NCBI GenBank assembly: GCA_963777955.1 | Contig: CAVZSQ010000013.1 | Span: 256,001 to 320,000, forward strand | Source of the DNA: Calditrichia bacterium | GTDB lineage: Bacteria > Calditrichota > Calditrichia > JAJRVZ01 | Direction of reading: 5' to 3' | Length of the DNA stretch: 64,000 bases | Notes under the pieces: generated by a model | Database searches by the model: none | Told to the model about the DNA's origin: nothing | Seen by the model: the letters and a program-made list of their open reading frames with translations, nothing else | Part shown: positions 1 through 10,560 of the stretch, in pieces | Numbering within the stretch: position 1 is the stretch's first letter | How the letters are laid out: each line of letters begins with the position of its first letter | Made by a program: the position numbers and the translations under genes

Positions 1-632
1 GGAAGTTTCTCGATTAATCCCGGCATCCAGCCGACAGCTGACATGGCCAGCGGCAGCACAATCAGGGCACCACCTAACATAAATATAAATTGCATTACAT
101 CGGTAAACGCTACCGACCACATTCCGCCTAACATGGTATATATGACGGCTACAAAAGCAAATACAACCAGCCAGAGGGTATAGGAGGAGATACCGGTGAT
201 GGCCTGGGCGGCAATGACGGCTGTATAGAGAACCACCCCCAGCCAGAAAGACAACCGGAACACCCACAGTATGCCCACCAGGGTCCGTACTGCTTTATTA
301 TAGCGCAATTCTAAAAATTCCGGAATAGTTCGGACGCGTAACCGCCGCATGATCGGAATGATAAATAATCCGGAAAATACCAGTGCCATATTGCCGGTCC
401 AGGTTTGCCATAAAATGGAAATGCCATGCTTATAGGCAATTCCGGCCTGGCCGACGAAACTGTAAAGATTGACATTCGTTGCCGTGATTACGGCAGCCAG
501 TATAAATGGGGTCAGTTTCCTGCCGGCTACATAAAAGTCATCCGGATCACCCACCCATTTATAAAAAAAGGATCCGACCATGAAAGTCAGGATCATAAAA
601 ATTACCACGATAATGATATCAACTAGTGCCAC
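1..632 (-). CDS. Sodium:solute symporter (SSS) family transporter, N-terminal part (runs off window)
   Basis: Not in ORF track. Manual translation from GTG at 632: MALVDIIIVVIFMILTFMVGSFFYKWVGDPDDFYVAGRKLTPFILAAVITATNVNLYSFVGQAGIAYKHG..., later RTIPEFLELRY and YTMLGGMWSVAFTDVMQF, all typical SSS motifs. Confidence 0.9.
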   Translation of the reverse strand, partial: MALVDIIIVVIFMILTFMVGSFFYKWVGDPDDFYVAGRKLTPFILAAVITATNVNLYSFVGQAGIAYKHGISILWQTWTGNMALVFSGLFIIPIMRRLRVRTIPEFLELRYNKAVRTLVGILWVFRLSFWLGVVLYTAVIAAQAITGISSYTLWLVVFAFVAVIYTMLGGMWSVAFTDVMQFIFMLGGALIVLPLAMSAVGWMPGLIEKL

Positions 633-877
633 GATGAGTGCCCTCTGCTCAATGGGATTTTTTTCTGTCTGCCAGTAACCGGCGAAATTCTTTCACCGGC
701 ACAATGATCCATATAATTAAGATGATAAATCCTAATAGCCAGATACTCCAGGTGATCCAGTCGAAATACATAAGTTCCCTCTATATTATATACGTATGGA
801 CCGATTTTCTTTAAGATTGATAAATAATATATAAATTACTGAATTTTAAAATCCCAATGAAGATCTAATATTTTATT

Positions 878-2120
878 TCAGTAGGGATTGCCGGTAGTCC
901 CGATTATTTTCCAGATCAGGGGATTTCTCAACCGTTTGCTCCAATATTCCAGATCTTTAAAAGGATCCCCCCGGTCACATAAAAATACAATATAGGCATT
1001 CTCTTCAGTATAGCGGCTGCCGGCCGGGATAAAAGTGGGATAATCATGGATCAAACGCCGGTTCCAGTATTTACCCCCTGCTGCCCCATCACTGATTTTT
1101 GTGTGCGGCATGAACAGAGGTGACGGGTCTCCCCGGTAATTCTCATTTTCATATTTCAAACGAATACTGCCGAATCCAAATTGCTTGACCCGGTTATAAA
1201 AACAGATCCAGGGCGCTTCATTCTCTACAGGATTGGTGGTAAGGTACTTAGCCCGGTCGGCAAAGGTCATGTTTTCAATCCGGCCATCCGAACGTTTAAA
1301 AGCTACGTGGGTGAACATACTGTCCATGGTCATCTCGTCGTTTCTGAGTAATATCAGTGTGATATCCTGCATGATCTCCATGGTTGAGTAAAAAATAAAA
1401 TAGGGTTTCCCAGCATAAAATTTATAAACAGCCGTGAGCATGATTTCGGCATGGTCCGCTGCCGGGGCCTGGCGGGTGGTTTTAATTAAATACGGTCCCT
1501 GGTCGATGCGATTATAGGCGGGATTATCCCATTGTGCTATGGTTTTATATTCTGCTGCACCCTGCTTCTGGAAATTTGGGGCCCAGTGGATCCGGTTTTC
1601 GTCGCGGGATAACAATTGGTTCTTATTCATCTTGATCAATAATTCCCGCAACTGTCCGGATAAATGATCTTTTCCTTCAGACTGAGAACTTCTGGTCAGA
1701 TCAGCACGGTAAAAACTATTATCGATGATTAATTCGGTGGCTGCCCCGTCCAGGTGCAGGTCTGACGACGACTGCATTGATTGGTTTTTCTCTGCAGCTC
1801 AATTTCTTCAATAGCATAAGTTTACTCGAATTCGCAGTTAAAGATACCGGGAAGATTAAACTCAATTGCATCGATTTATTTTCCGGTGCAGCAGTATATA
1901 CGATGGCCTGGCAGAAAATACGCTTACCTTGTTCATCTATTGCCTCATAATGATCTGTTTCGGCAGGCAAATAATTCAGTTGCAGAGGGATTTCAACATA
2001 TTCGTTCTCACGATTTAAGCCAGTCGTTTCCTGAATTCTGATAGTTGCTAAAGTGGAATCGGTCGGCGCTGCTTGCAGTGCTAGAATTAAAATATATAAA
2101 AGTACAACAACTTTTATCAT
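878..2120 (-). CDS. Exported hypothetical protein (beta-rich), split by a frameshift near 1790
   Basis: ORF 1719..2183 has a signal peptide from ATG 2120 (MIKVVVLLYILILALQAA) and overlaps ORF 878..1777 in another frame; together they read as one roughly 410 aa protein. Confidence 0.6.
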
Positions 2121-2148
2121 AAAAGCAGGGCTAAATAAATAAATGGTT

Positions 2149-4194
2149 TTATTGATTGGTCGATTGACCGGTCGCTGTCTCAAACCAGACCACCGCTCCT
2201 TTATGTATTTCTGGAATTATATAAACCTGCCCGTTGCCGCTGCTGCTTGATGTTATCTCCTGTACTTCACCCAGGTAAGGCAAGAGATAACAATTCCGCT
2301 GGATATTATCTTTTAGCGTGATGCGGATATTTTTTTGTGCCGTTTGGCTGGCATTTACTCCGCCCTGTAAACCTGCAAAATTGGCCAAAAAGATATGAAT
2401 TCTGTTATCGACCATTGCGACCTGGGTCGCAATGAACGGGCTGGCAGTGATTTCCAGCGCTGAACTGTAAACGAGTTTTTGTTGCCGCAGGTCTGCGACA
2501 AAATCCCCGAGTAATTTTATGAAAACTGCGTTGGCAGTAGTATCGCCACGGGCATAACGGTTATAATTGTTCTTAATCTCATCATAATAGATGCGGGCAG
2601 GACAGTCAGGATAATAAATAAAGTCCTTTCCGGTTTGAATTTTTTTATCCTGGGAAGTCACACCAAACAAACGATGCAACGGATTATCTGTATATTTTTT
2701 CCGGGCATGATCATACTCTCCACTCTGCCCGGTAAAAATAATTTTGCCGCCTGAATGAACCAGTTTTTCAAACAGTTCTACCTCCGGCAGATTGAGACAT
2801 CTTGCATCCGGTATAAGCAATATTTTTCCTTTAAAAAAACGCAGGGTCTGGGGCAGCACAATTTGAAATTCCTGGTGTGCCTGTAGCATCATGCTCAGGG
2901 CACCCATATAGGACTTATAAAAATCATCGGCAAAAATATTTCGTGTCCTGGGGGAGAAATAGACACCGATGGGATCAATCGGCAGCCGCGGCTTATACCA
3001 ATGGTCTTCATGGGCAGCGATCCATTTATATACTTCAGACCTTACTTTGTAATCATTGGATCCGGACATTACATGCCCCCGGGCATCCCAGGGATTAGTA
3101 CCGGCCATGATCTGCGACAGAAACAGGTTGCGCATGGCTTCGCCGGGATCGATTTTTTTTTCGCCATCCCAGGAATAACTGAGCATCCAGGAGGGTTTTC
3201 CCCGTGCGAAGGCACGAAACGTATACATACCGGCCATATAAGTAAACCAGTCCACTGGTTCACGGGCAGCTGCCATATAAGCACCTTCACTGTATTCATG
3301 GGCAATGGCATCCACCACTTCATACATTTGTTGAACATCGGCCCCGACGCGAACAGCCGATTCATCAATTCCCGGATATATTTCCGCAATGGTTTTACAT
3401 TCCGGATTAACTGCCTTGACAGTCCGGTTTATTTCAGCCATGAAGGCAGTAAGAGTTTCCATCCGGAAATTCACCCAGCGCAGGAATCCGGGATCGGTAA
3501 AATCACCCAACTTTAAGTCCTTTTTTGCATCCAGCCCGGTTTTTTTCCTGAAAGCACGGACGGTATAATCATCGAAACTGGCCCAGGTGTTTTCCCAACC
3601 TTCAAAGTGGGTCATCCAGTACGGAATATCCACATATATTCCGTCGATCCCGGTAGCCGCAATCTCTTTCACACGCTGCATATACATCTTGCGCCATTCA
3701 ACCGCATACGGACTTATCCAGACATCTTCATCCCCCTGCCTGATCCAGAAGGCAGCGTCACCGCCAAACACAGCCGGACGGCCGGTGATATCCCGTTGCA
3801 CCCAGTCGGGATGATCTTTAAACAAGGTATGCCGTGCGGCAGTATCTGCAGCCGCAGTGATACATTCCAGCCCGGCTATATAAACAAAAGCCCGGTTATT
3901 ATTTTCGTGGGCTTTACGGGCCAGCAGACCTATGGCTGCCAGTTTTTCCGCCGGGTCTAAAAAACTTTCATACCGGCCGGTAATATCATTATCCACTTCG
4001 ATACCAAACACATACGTGGATCTTGACCGGCTGATTATAGAATCAATGCGGCTGGCATTCAAGCCATGACCGGCAATGCGTACAACATGGGACCAGTCCT
4101 GCTGAATTTCCTGCTCTGTACTGCAACTGCACAGGCAGCCGGACAGAATCAGTACCGGAACAACGATACGGATTTTATTCAAATATTTTTTCAT
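2149..4194 (-). CDS. Putative glycoside hydrolase lipoprotein (TIM-barrel GH-like domain plus beta-galactosidase trimerisation/GATase-like domain)
   Basis: 681 aa; lipobox-like CLCSC; HPDWVQR...GIDGIYVD strand typical of GHL/GH36-like barrels; C-terminal LLIPDARCL...GGKIIFTG; paralog of 18160..20200. Confidence 0.7.
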   Translation of the reverse strand: MKKYLNKIRIVVPVLILSGCLCSCSTEQEIQQDWSHVVRIAGHGLNASRIDSIISRSRSTYVFGIEVDNDITGRYESFLDPAEKLAAIGLLARKAHENNNRAFVYIAGLECITAAADTAARHTLFKDHPDWVQRDITGRPAVFGGDAAFWIRQGDEDVWISPYAVEWRKMYMQRVKEIAATGIDGIYVDIPYWMTHFEGWENTWASFDDYTVRAFRKKTGLDAKKDLKLGDFTDPGFLRWVNFRMETLTAFMAEINRTVKAVNPECKTIAEIYPGIDESAVRVGADVQQMYEVVDAIAHEYSEGAYMAAAREPVDWFTYMAGMYTFRAFARGKPSWMLSYSWDGEKKIDPGEAMRNLFLSQIMAGTNPWDARGHVMSGSNDYKVRSEVYKWIAAHEDHWYKPRLPIDPIGVYFSPRTRNIFADDFYKSYMGALSMMLQAHQEFQIVLPQTLRFFKGKILLIPDARCLNLPEVELFEKLVHSGGKIIFTGQSGEYDHARKKYTDNPLHRLFGVTSQDKKIQTGKDFIYYPDCPARIYYDEIKNNYNRYARGDTTANAVFIKLLGDFVADLRQQKLVYSSALEITASPFIATQVAMVDNRIHIFLANFAGLQGGVNASQTAQKNIRITLKDNIQRNCYLLPYLGEVQEITSSSSGNGQVYIIPEIHKGAVVWFETATGQSTNQ

Positions 4195-4209
4195 TTTTAA
4201 CCTGTAAAT

Positions 4210-5154
4210 TTATTCTGAGTAGTTAAAATGCTTTTTAGCCAGATTCATTACAGATTTGTAATCGGTGAAGGCAGTGGTGCCTCCGGCCGCAGTGGTATTG
4301 ACAGCACCCATCAGACTGCCAAAGACAAGGCACTCGTTTACCGGACATTTCTTGATAAATTTAAATATAAAACCTGCATTAAAACTGTCACCGGCGCCTA
4401 TGGCATCCACCACCCGCGGATTTAAAAAAGCCGCCTGTTCGGTCTGCTGACCCTTGCTCAGGGCCACCGAACCTTTACTACCCATTTTTACTATGACCAG
4501 ATTTGGAGCAGATTTTACCGCTTCAAGTGCCGAAGCCAGATCATGTTTTCCGGTCAGGTGTATCAATTCCTGTTCATTGGGAAGCAGAATATCCACGACC
4601 GGCAGTACTTGTTTCAGGTCCAGATCCCATTTTTCATGCGGATCCCATTGCGGATCAAAGGAGGTAGTCAACCCTAAAGATTTGGCACGTTTGAAAATGG
4701 TAACAATGTCCCCCTTCAGACCGGGCTGTAAAAAATAGGACGAGACATGCAGATGTCCCGCCTGCTGCAAACTTTGATCGCTAATATCCTGCATGGTCAG
4801 ATGTTCCATGGCTCCGGGATGGGTGACCATGGCCCGGTCTTCTGAAAAATTAAGCACAATCGTAGCGCCGGTTTTAACGGCTGAATTACGGACAATAAAA
4901 CCGGTTTCGACCTTTTTGGACTTCAAACTCCTGATGACCAGGTCACCAAAAACATCATCGCCCAGTTTGCCCAGGAAGGCGACTTTTGTGCCCATGCTGC
5001 TCAGATTACTGGCAAAGATCGCCGAAGAACTTCCCAGGGTCAGATCCATCTGTCCGGCCAGTTTTTCTTTACCCATTTCGGGAAAGGACTCGATACGGTT
5101 GAGTATCAAATCCACATTTAATTCACCGATTACCAGGACATCAAATTTCTTCAT
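4210..5154 (-). CDS. PfkB/ribokinase-family carbohydrate kinase
   Basis: N-terminal VLVIGELNVD and GSSSAIFA; C-terminal PfkB signature DAIGAGDSFNAGF. Confidence 0.93.
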   Translation of the reverse strand: MKKFDVLVIGELNVDLILNRIESFPEMGKEKLAGQMDLTLGSSSAIFASNLSSMGTKVAFLGKLGDDVFGDLVIRSLKSKKVETGFIVRNSAVKTGATIVLNFSEDRAMVTHPGAMEHLTMQDISDQSLQQAGHLHVSSYFLQPGLKGDIVTIFKRAKSLGLTTSFDPQWDPHEKWDLDLKQVLPVVDILLPNEQELIHLTGKHDLASALEAVKSAPNLVIVKMGSKGSVALSKGQQTEQAAFLNPRVVDAIGAGDSFNAGFIFKFIKKCPVNECLVFGSLMGAVNTTAAGGTTAFTDYKSVMNLAKKHFNYSE

Positions 5155-5264
5155 GATTAATTTATACTCCCTGACAAAATATTTTATTTAGTCCGCAATA
5201 ATTTATTCCCTGAGCTGCAATAAATTTTTCAGCCCGGGTCAGAGATCATAACAATAAACTTAAT

Positions 5265-5990
5265 TTATTTCTTGCTGGTTAGTGCCGAGACGATTTCCAT
5301 GATCGAATCAACGATCCAGTCGGCCTGTGCTTCAAGCAGTTGATCCTTATTCCAGTACCTGTTTCTTAAAGCGATGCAATAGACTCCGGCCATTTTAGCA
5401 CTCTTTACTCCGGCTGGTGAATCTTCAACCGCTGCACACTGTTCCGGTCTCAATTTTAATTTATGTACCGCCTGCAGATAAATATCAGCTGCCGGTTTTT
5501 TATGTTTTACCTGGTCGCCGCTGACAATCACTTTGAAATCTTCTTTCAAATTCATGAGATTACCGTCAGAATCCCCGGAGAGTTTTTCCAGAATTGTATC
5601 TACCTGCTCCCGGATTGAAGAGGTGGCCAAAGCCAGTTCCAGTTTATTTTTTTTACAGATATCGAGCAGGGCGGAAATTCCGGGCAGAGGATGCAAATCG
5701 CTTGTTTGCAGCAGATCCAGGTAGATTGATTCCCTCCTGGTCAATTCGGCATTGATTATCTCGGGTACAGCCTTGCCGATCTTCTGGAAGATCATGGTCA
5801 TATTGCTTTCCACCGAGTGTCCGACCAATGAATTTAGAAAGGAATCATCATAATTAAGTTGCAGATCCTTGAGCAGGATTTTAAAAGATTCAAGATGGAC
5901 CGGCTCGGTGTCCACCAGTACACCGTCCATATCCAGTATGACTGCTTTTATTTTATCAAATGAAATTTTATCAGAGAGTTCTTTCTCCAT
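5265..5990 (-). CDS. HAD-superfamily phosphatase (beta-phosphoglucomutase-like)
   Basis: Motif I DMDGVLVDT, motif II ATSS, KPAADIY, motif IV EDSPAG; start set at ATG 5990 just after the upstream stop. Confidence 0.9.
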   Translation of the reverse strand: MEKELSDKISFDKIKAVILDMDGVLVDTEPVHLESFKILLKDLQLNYDDSFLNSLVGHSVESNMTMIFQKIGKAVPEIINAELTRRESIYLDLLQTSDLHPLPGISALLDICKKNKLELALATSSIREQVDTILEKLSGDSDGNLMNLKEDFKVIVSGDQVKHKKPAADIYLQAVHKLKLRPEQCAAVEDSPAGVKSAKMAGVYCIALRNRYWNKDQLLEAQADWIVDSIMEIVSALTSKK

Positions 5991-5991
5991 A

Positions 5992-6879
5992 TTAAGAGGC
6001 TGGTTCTCCTTCATCTTCGATGGCCAGTAAGAATATTGAGATCAGGGCCACTGCCATGCCTGCCAACGTGATTACCCGCGGAAAGACACCATAAATCGAC
6101 AGAGATATAATGATCGTGATCACCGGAGCCACGGCGTTAGTCAGTGGACTCACGATCAAGGCTTTACCATAACGAAAGGCATAAACAATGGTCAGCGCAC
6201 CGATGGCATTGAGTATTTGTATCATAGCCGCCAGGTAGGGACCTTTGAAACCCCAGTTAACCGGTTGATTAAAATCGGTCATCAACAGGGCGATGGGGAC
6301 CAGGATCAGGCCGGTCAGCATCATATAAAAGAAAATGCTTTCGGCTTTCATGGTCCGGTTGGCGAATTTCATAATGTAGGCCTGTATACCCCAGGCCAGA
6401 AACACCAGCAGGGCCAGGATCACCCATATAAAACCCTGACCGACCGTACTCTGCGGGGGCTGATAGGATAGCAGAGGCATGGCGATCATGGCCAGCACAA
6501 TACCGATCCAGCCTCGGGAACTGGCCCGCTCCTTTAAAAAAATGACTGATAAAAGTATGGTCACCACCGGCGAGAGGGAAATAAATGGAAAAACCAGATA
6601 GGCCGGACCTGTCCGCAGGGCCTGAAACAGGATTAATTGTCCACCGGCACCGGTAAACCCGATCAGGCAACCTAATATAACCGACCGGCGATCAAATTCC
6701 AATTTCCATTTAATTAGCCACAGCGCGACGACGGCAGGAATGATCATAGTCAAGGCCCAGACTGTATAACCAAGAGTAGCCGGGAAACCGGCTTTTTCCG
6801 GCAGCTCAATCAGTGCACCCCAGACACCCCAGAATGTGGTTGTGATGATCGCATAGATTAACCAGGATCGGATTTTCAC
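5992..6879 (-). CDS. DMT/EamA-family transporter
   Basis: 295 aa, about 10 TM helices in two repeats; SLSPVVTILLSVIFLKE; GTG start preceded by GAGGAGG. Confidence 0.85.
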   Translation of the reverse strand: MKIRSWLIYAIITTTFWGVWGALIELPEKAGFPATLGYTVWALTMIIPAVVALWLIKWKLEFDRRSVILGCLIGFTGAGGQLILFQALRTGPAYLVFPFISLSPVVTILLSVIFLKERASSRGWIGIVLAMIAMPLLSYQPPQSTVGQGFIWVILALLVFLAWGIQAYIMKFANRTMKAESIFFYMMLTGLILVPIALLMTDFNQPVNWGFKGPYLAAMIQILNAIGALTIVYAFRYGKALIVSPLTNAVAPVITIIISLSIYGVFPRVITLAGMAVALISIFLLAIEDEGEPAS

Positions 6880-6893
6880 GTAACCTCCTCGAA

Positions 6894-8207
6894 TTATTTC
6901 TCTGACATTCCCGCGGCCCGGGAATAATATTTAAGCACCTGCTGAATACAATCATAAATTAATTGTAGCGGATCGTTTTCCAACACCTGCTCCCTGATTT
7001 TCCAATATTGATCCGGAAAATATTGTGACACTAAATTTAAGGGCGGGGGATCTTTTTTCAAATTATTGATCAGCCGCCGCAAGGATTCCTGAACCGGCTG
7101 TTCCGGCCAATAATAACGTACCCGGTCACTGTAACTGTAGGCGCGGGCCAGAGCCTGTTTATTCTTGTCACCGGAGTAATGTTTTTGCCAGTATTTTGGT
7201 TTGTTCAGCATGGTTTCATCTAAAATACCTTTTATACACGAAAGAGTGGCAGTTTTTTTATTCCGTAAATATTCATCCTCCAGCTGCGCTAAACCGAAAA
7301 CAGCTTCGCGAAAGGCAAACGTTAACCAGGGTCCCACTTTCAAAATAGCAAAATGGTCGCTGACCATTTCAATCAATGCCGAGGGGAGTTGAAAATCGGT
7401 AGAATGGGCTTCGTATAGAAATGACTCCGTCGTTGAAATAAACTTTGACAATTTAACCGCCGCCTGGTGATCATAATCTTGAACTGTAGTATCAGAAAAT
7501 TCAACTCCCGGTTGAACAACCACCGCTACTACTCTGTTCCAGGCCTGCGGCAGTCCGTGATCGAAAAATGCTGAACGCGTCAATTCAATTGTTTGCCTGA
7601 CCCGTTTGACACTGGTGATTTCAATACGGGCTATATTATGCTGAGCGCCACCCGGTACGGGCACATCGGTTCCGATCACATATATCGGTGCCGCTGAAAG
7701 TTTTGTTCCTGCGCTAAAAGTTTTTTCTGCCACCACACATAAATCTGCTGCCCGTTCTGCCGCCAGTTCCGCTGCGATATCGCCGGAAGGTGTGACCGGA
7801 TCATGCCGCAGGCGCATACTGGTATCCAGATGAATTTTCGAATACCCGGCTGCAACATAAGCACGAATTTGTCCGGCTGCTTTTTGCATGGCTGGTTCGG
7901 CGGCCTCATCCTGCCAGACATTGGGACCTAAATGGTCACCCCCTAATAGAATACGAGACCAGGGCATTTGCATTCGCTCGGCAATGTTCCTGACGAATAA
8001 TACAAAATCCGCAGGGGTCATACCTGAATAACCTCCAAACTGATCAACCTGATTGGAAGTGGATTCTATCAGCAGTATACTATTGTCCTGCCGGGCCTGC
8101 AGCATGGCAGCCTCCAGAACATAGCGGTTTGCCGAGCAAACTGAATAGATACCTATACGGGGATCGCTGTAATGGCGTTTCAACCTGTGTTGTAATGGAT
8201 TTTTCAT
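6894..8207 (-). CDS. kbaZ: GatZ/KbaZ family protein (tagatose-6-phosphate 4-epimerase / tagatose-bisphosphate aldolase non-catalytic subunit)
   Basis: GIYSVCSA, IESTSNQVDQFGGYSGM, LGGDHLGPN, KIHLDTSM, VVQPGVEF, YEAHSTD, LKVGPWLTFAFREA, YSDRVRYYW. Confidence 0.92.
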   Translation of the reverse strand: MKNPLQHRLKRHYSDPRIGIYSVCSANRYVLEAAMLQARQDNSILLIESTSNQVDQFGGYSGMTPADFVLFVRNIAERMQMPWSRILLGGDHLGPNVWQDEAAEPAMQKAAGQIRAYVAAGYSKIHLDTSMRLRHDPVTPSGDIAAELAAERAADLCVVAEKTFSAGTKLSAAPIYVIGTDVPVPGGAQHNIARIEITSVKRVRQTIELTRSAFFDHGLPQAWNRVVAVVVQPGVEFSDTTVQDYDHQAAVKLSKFISTTESFLYEAHSTDFQLPSALIEMVSDHFAILKVGPWLTFAFREAVFGLAQLEDEYLRNKKTATLSCIKGILDETMLNKPKYWQKHYSGDKNKQALARAYSYSDRVRYYWPEQPVQESLRRLINNLKKDPPPLNLVSQYFPDQYWKIREQVLENDPLQLIYDCIQQVLKYYSRAAGMSEK

Positions 8208-8243
8208 AGTGTTAAATACTTAAAATAATAAAACCCGTCATGA

Positions 8244-9104
8244 TTAGTTAATTTCGATTAATCCACCCAGCTCCAGCTCATGATATCGCGATCGGAGATC
8301 TTTGCTTAACAGCATTTTTACTTCATAAGCATAATTTGTCGTCCAGAACCGATTATCAGGCGTGACCCGAAAGGTGCCACCATGCTGGGGCAGAATATAA
8401 TCTGGTTCCAGTTCATTAATCAATATTACCGACGGTTGAATATGCATATTATGTTCTGTGGGCGAAAAAAACAGTACGTCCACATGTTTCAGAAAAAGAT
8501 GATCCTCCAGTAACACAGTATCTCCCGGCTGCAGGATATCTTTTCCACCAATACTGATCAGATACCCGCAATCTTCCAGATTGGCTTCTTCAAAAATGGC
8601 ATAACGTGGATTACCATGAATGGCGCGCAAGGGTCTTACTTTAATTGCTCCAATCCCGAATGGCTGTTTGGGAACCGCAACAATAATACGTTCGCGCGGA
8701 ATTCCCAGATCGAGGGCAACCTGCAGGCAATTCCCTGGCATGACGAAAAGACATTTCGATTTCCCGGCCAGTATTTTACATGTTTCCCGTTCGAAATGGT
8801 CATCATGTTCATGAGTGATAAAGAGAACATCAAGTTCAGCTGCTAATTGGTCTGCCGAGACCGGCGCTGCATAAAAACGCTCCGCGGACTCAAGGCATAG
8901 ATCTGTGCCGATTAAAATGGTATCGTTTTCAATCAACCAGCCATTCTGACCGGTCCACCATATACGCATAACCGCCGAGGGAGTACGCAGTTCGTTTATA
9001 ATTTGTCGTACCGGTTGTTGCTCCTGTCTGCCGGTTTGAGACCATCCGATCGAGATCCAAACCGGGATGAATAAAATTACTAATGACAATTTTTTAAAAT
9101 TCAT
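8244..9104 (-). CDS. Exported metallo-beta-lactamase-fold hydrolase (UlaG-like)
   Basis: Signal peptide; WWTGQNG, THEHDDH metal motif, PGDT, ILPQH. Confidence 0.8.
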   Translation of the reverse strand: MNFKKLSLVILFIPVWISIGWSQTGRQEQQPVRQIINELRTPSAVMRIWWTGQNGWLIENDTILIGTDLCLESAERFYAAPVSADQLAAELDVLFITHEHDDHFERETCKILAGKSKCLFVMPGNCLQVALDLGIPRERIIVAVPKQPFGIGAIKVRPLRAIHGNPRYAIFEEANLEDCGYLISIGGKDILQPGDTVLLEDHLFLKHVDVLFFSPTEHNMHIQPSVILINELEPDYILPQHGGTFRVTPDNRFWTTNYAYEVKMLLSKDLRSRYHELELGGLIEIN

Positions 9105-9126
9105 GTCAAAACCTTAATCTATAATC

Positions 9127-10527
9127 TTATTCTATTTTCAAACGGCTGACCAGATACCTTCCCTGCTCGTCCCGGCCGGTATTGGCAAATCGTATTCCCG
9201 CTTCTTCAGTTAACGGATCAATTATAGCAAGCTTAATATTGTAAGTAAGAGCAGGCAATTGGGAGGGTAATTGCAGCGTGGCTTCAGACTGGGTAGTACC
9301 GGGTAGCCAATCCCGGATATCCACAGCCAGTTCCTGCTCAAAAACCACACTATCACCTTCAGTGACAAGATATCCCACCAGCGGCCATGGAAAATAGAAC
9401 GGCGCGACACCTTTATTCTCCACTGTTATTGCCAGCGTTAATGATGAACCGGCACTCGCTGCCGCAGCATGTTCAACCTTTCTGAGCACAAACCGATAAC
9501 CAAGTTTTTTATAGAGTTTATCCAGATTCTTCTTATGCTCTGCGCTCTGAGGTGTAATCTCTCCCCCCGCAGGACCAATAAACGACCAATGGGTCTGTTG
9601 AATGAAAGAATAATTAAGGTTAAAGCGGTCTGTCGTACCCTGAATTGCTCCCCAATCCCCTCCACAAAATTCACCGGTAATGATCGCCGATTTCCAGACC
9701 CGCTCATTCAATAATGGATCAATACTATTAAGGCTCTCCAGATACCAGATATTGGAATCCTCTTCGCCCAGGCAATCGTTGCGGATACCGCCATTATGAT
9801 CCGTTACATAGGCAGTGGCCAAATCATCATCGAAAGCAATCACCTTAGGTTTAGTGGGGAATGCTGAAAAATAATCTTCCAGAATAGCCTGTTTGCTGGC
9901 TGGCGTGGCCGCCAGCGAATCATTCAGATAGACATGCCACTCACCCCAGAAGCCATAAGAACCGATATCGATCCAGCCAACGCGCGGATCACTATCATAG
10001 CGAGCTCCGAGCGCTGTAATAAAATCGTGGTGCGCCTGCAGGAAACCGGGGTCATCCCAATCAGGCGCCAGACCATGCTGATTGTCAATTTCATAGGCAC
10101 GCATCCGGACGCCCTGATTCACTAACCATTCCGGAATATCATAATGGCCGACCGTTCCAGGAGTCGCGGCTGAAATACGGAACCCTACCCGGCGGCCAGT
10201 TACAACAACATTCCCCCAATTCTTTTCCAGATTATTCCAGTTATATACACCCGAAGATGGCTCCAGGTCTTTCCATTCGCAATTTACATATTGTAAGGTA
10301 GTCTGATAAACGGGATTTTGCTCACCAACCCAGGGCGCAAAACCTTTGAAGGGATTAGGCAGAACATCATCAATCTCATTTAAAACAACCAGGGTATCAT
10401 CCACAGGTTCGACACTTTTTTTTGAGCAATAAAAGGCATTGCCAAATCCTATAGTCCCCAGCAGAATAATGATCAATGCCGGTTTAGAAAATGAATTTTT
10501 TAAGATATCGTATATTTTATTTAACAT
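9127..10527 (-). CDS. DUF4832-type putative glycoside hydrolase (GH-A-like), probable lipoprotein
   Basis: NPFKGF, WKDLEP..GVYNW, IGSYGFWGEWH, GYRFVL, ENKGVAPFYFPW: the DUF4832 pattern. Confidence 0.75.
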   Translation of the reverse strand: MLNKIYDILKNSFSKPALIIILLGTIGFGNAFYCSKKSVEPVDDTLVVLNEIDDVLPNPFKGFAPWVGEQNPVYQTTLQYVNCEWKDLEPSSGVYNWNNLEKNWGNVVVTGRRVGFRISAATPGTVGHYDIPEWLVNQGVRMRAYEIDNQHGLAPDWDDPGFLQAHHDFITALGARYDSDPRVGWIDIGSYGFWGEWHVYLNDSLAATPASKQAILEDYFSAFPTKPKVIAFDDDLATAYVTDHNGGIRNDCLGEEDSNIWYLESLNSIDPLLNERVWKSAIITGEFCGGDWGAIQGTTDRFNLNYSFIQQTHWSFIGPAGGEITPQSAEHKKNLDKLYKKLGYRFVLRKVEHAAAASAGSSLTLAITVENKGVAPFYFPWPLVGYLVTEGDSVVFEQELAVDIRDWLPGTTQSEATLQLPSQLPALTYNIKLAIIDPLTEEAGIRFANTGRDEQGRYLVSRLKIE

Positions 10528-10560
10528 AAGGTTTTCATTGATAATTGGTCCTTTTCGTCA

